DNA from: Malacoraja senta | Lineage: Eukaryota | DNA length: 64,000 bases | Assembly (NCBI GenBank): GCA_038087875.1 | Contig: JAXLNO010000700.1 | Location: 1-64,000, forward strand | Direction of reading: 5' to 3' | Part shown: positions 61,461 through 64,000 of the stretch, piece after piece | Layout of the letters: each line of letters starts with the position of its first letter | Numbering within the stretch: the stretch's first letter is position 1 | Translations under genes and position numbers: made by a program | Notes under the pieces: generated by a model | Seen by the model: only the letters and a program-made list of their open reading frames with translations | Told to the model about the DNA's origin: nothing | Database searches by the model: none

Positions 61461-63045
61461 CAGTGCATTCAGAAAGTATTCAGACCCCTTCACTTTTTCC
61501 ACATTTTGTTACGTTGCAGCCTTATTCTAAAATGGATTAAATTCTTTTTTTTTTATCATCAATCTACACACAATACCCCATAATAAAAAAGTGAAAGGTG
61601 TTTAGACATTTTTGCAAAGTAATCAAAAAGAAATAACTGAAATATCACATTTACATAAGTATTCAGCCCTTTGCAATCACACTCAAAATTGAGCTTAGGT
61701 TCATCCTGTTTTCATTGATTATCCGTGAGATGTTTCTACAACTTGATAAATTGAATTGATTGTACATGATTTGGAAAGGCACACACCTGTCTATATAAGG
61801 TCCCATAGTTGACAGTGCATGTCAGAGCAAAAACTAAGCCATGAAGATGAAGGAATTGTCCGTAGACCTCCGAGACAGGATTGTGTTGAGACACAGATCT
61901 GGGGAAGGGTATAAAACAATTTCTGCAGCATTGCAGGTCTCGAAGAGCACAGTGGCCTCCGTCTTTCTTAAATGGAAGAACTTTGGAACCACCAGGATTC
62001 TTCATAGAGCTGGCCAAACTGAGCAATCGGGGGAGAAGGGCCTTGGTTAGGCAGGTGACCAAAGAACCTGATGGTCACATTGACAGAGCTCCAGAGTTCC
62101 TCTGTGGAGTTGGAAGAACCTTCCAGAAGGACAAATATATCTGCAGGACTCCACCAATCAGGCCTTTAAGGTACAGTGGCCAGATGGAAGCCACTCCTCA
62201 GTAAAATGCCAATGACAGCCCACTTGGAGTTTGCCAAAAGGCACCTAAACAAGATTCTCTAGTCTGATGAAACCAAGATTGAACTCTTTGGCCTGAATGC
62301 CAAGCACCACGTCTGGAGGAAACCAGGCACCGCTCATCATCTGGCCAATACCATACCTATGGTGAAGCATGCTGGTGGCAGCATCATGCTGTGAGGATGT
62401 TTTTCAGCGGCAGGAACTGGGAGACTAGTCAGGATCAAGGGAAAGATGAACAGAGCAAAGTACAGACAGATCCTTGATGAAAATCTGCTCCAGATCATCC
62501 AGGATCTCAGGCTGGGGCGGACGTTCACCATCCAACAGGACAACAACCCTAAGCACACAGCCAAGACATCGCAGGAGTGGCCTTGTGACAAGTCCGTGAC
62601 TGTCCTTGAGTGGCCCAGCCAGAGCCCAGACTTGAACCCGATCGAACATCTCTGGAGGGACCTGATAATAGCTGTGCATCAACGCTCCCCATCCAACCTG
62701 ACAGCGCTTGAGGATCTGCAGAGAATGGGAGAAATTACCTAAATACAGGTGTGCCAAGCTTGTAGCGTCATACCCAAGAAGACTTGAGGCTGTAATCACT
62801 GCCAAAGGTGCCTCAACAAAGTATTCAGTAAAAGGGTCTGAATACTTATGCAAATGTGATATTTTTTATTTCTTTTTAATTACTTTGCAAAAATTTCTAA
62901 ACACCTGTTTTCACTTTTTTATTATGGGGTATTGTGTGTAGATTGATGATAAAAAATAAATGAATTTAATCAATTTTAGAATAAGGCTGTAACGTAACAA
63001 AATCTGGAAAAAGTGAAGAGGTCTGAATACTTTCTGAATGCACTG
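61461..63045 (+). mobile_element. Full-length Tc1 (DD34E) transposon, transposase frameshifted
   Basis: TIRs of ~200 bp beginning cagtgcattcagaaagtattcagac; TA on both flanks. Transposase starts at ATG 61841 (KELSVDLRDRIV...) with SDETK and QDNNPKH...WPSQSPDLNPIE (34 residues between D and E). Confidence 0.96.
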
Positions 63046-64000
63046 TATGTTACCTTACAATTGTTATAGAAGATAAGATTAAGACAGGATTATTCTACCC
63101 TTGTAGAAACAAGGAACTGCACATGCTGGTTTACAAAAAAAAGACAAAAGAGCCAGAGTAACTCAGCAGGTTAGGCAGCATCTCTGGAGAACACGGATAG
63201 GTGATGCTTTGGGTCAGGACTCTTCTTCAGACACAAAATCTTGCTTCTTAAAGTTTGCCCATGTTCCAAATATTGAATATGGTATATGCGGTAATGAATA
63301 CCATTGAGGAGGGAACTCGTTACGTTCTGAAGAAGGGTCCCGACCTGAAACATCGCCTGTCCATTTCCACCCCAGATGCTGCCTGACCCATTGAGTTCCT
63401 TGCACGTTTTGTGTTTTGCCTTTAGTTTAAACCTCCCAGGTATTGCACCTGCAAAGCAGCCAACACCAACTTTACACTGTTCATGTAGTTTTTCATGTAG
63501 CTGTTCTTAAGAACAAAGTTTGAATAAGATGCCCAAGCTGATATTATATCCGGAAAAACACAAAGCATATCTGGAAGATATGGATTTTGGGTTTTGACCC
63601 TTTGTCAGACACCTGGTATTTCTCTTTACAAAACATGCTTTGACTCCTCTGTTTCGACACTGATAAATAGGGGCTATGTGGCAGCCTTTGAATGTAAGAT
63701 ATGATTAATTTTTTTTAAATGGACAAAAAAAGCAACAACAAAAACAAGATGATCATTGTTCAAACAGGGTTTGTGTTGTCACACAATTTAGGGTGTGGTA
63801 AATTAGAAAGATACTGTTTCAAACCACAGGAGGAATTAATCATATCTTACAATGGCACATCTAAAATTGCACTCAACCATGAAGAAATGTGATGATAAAG
63901 AAGGGTGGTGTCTGAGACTGAGTTCTGTAACACAAAGGCTCCTTAAGCGGCATACAAATCCATATATAAGTTCGGGCAATTTTAGATCATCATAATTCCA

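Overview
Eukaryotic, repeat-rich vertebrate DNA. The CR1, Penelope-derived, tRNA-SINE and DIRS repertoire points to a cartilaginous fish, probably a skate or ray (inference). There are no prokaryotic features. (1) At 1.3-11.7 kb on the minus strand lie seven coding exons of a CHUK/IKK-alpha gene that the ORF track misses. Exons 1-2 and a ZNF143/NRF1-type promoter look intact, but exons 3-7 carry frameshifts, broken splice acceptors and an activation-loop Ser->Cys, so this is an unprocessed pseudogene. (2) At 14-41 kb a T-tract/TCGAG satellite hosts a full-length L1 flanked by a ~210-bp direct repeat, a 5'-inverted L1, a DIRS1 element and an LTR-like insertion. It also holds at least five degenerate copies of a divergent histone H3-like fold followed by histone stem-loop remnants. 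(3) At 45-54 kb is a nested stack: microsatellite > L2-tailed element > CR1 > DIRS1 plus a second CR1. (4) At 55-63 kb are hAT, Penelope and CR1 fragments and a full-length DD34E Tc1. No intact host protein-coding gene was found.
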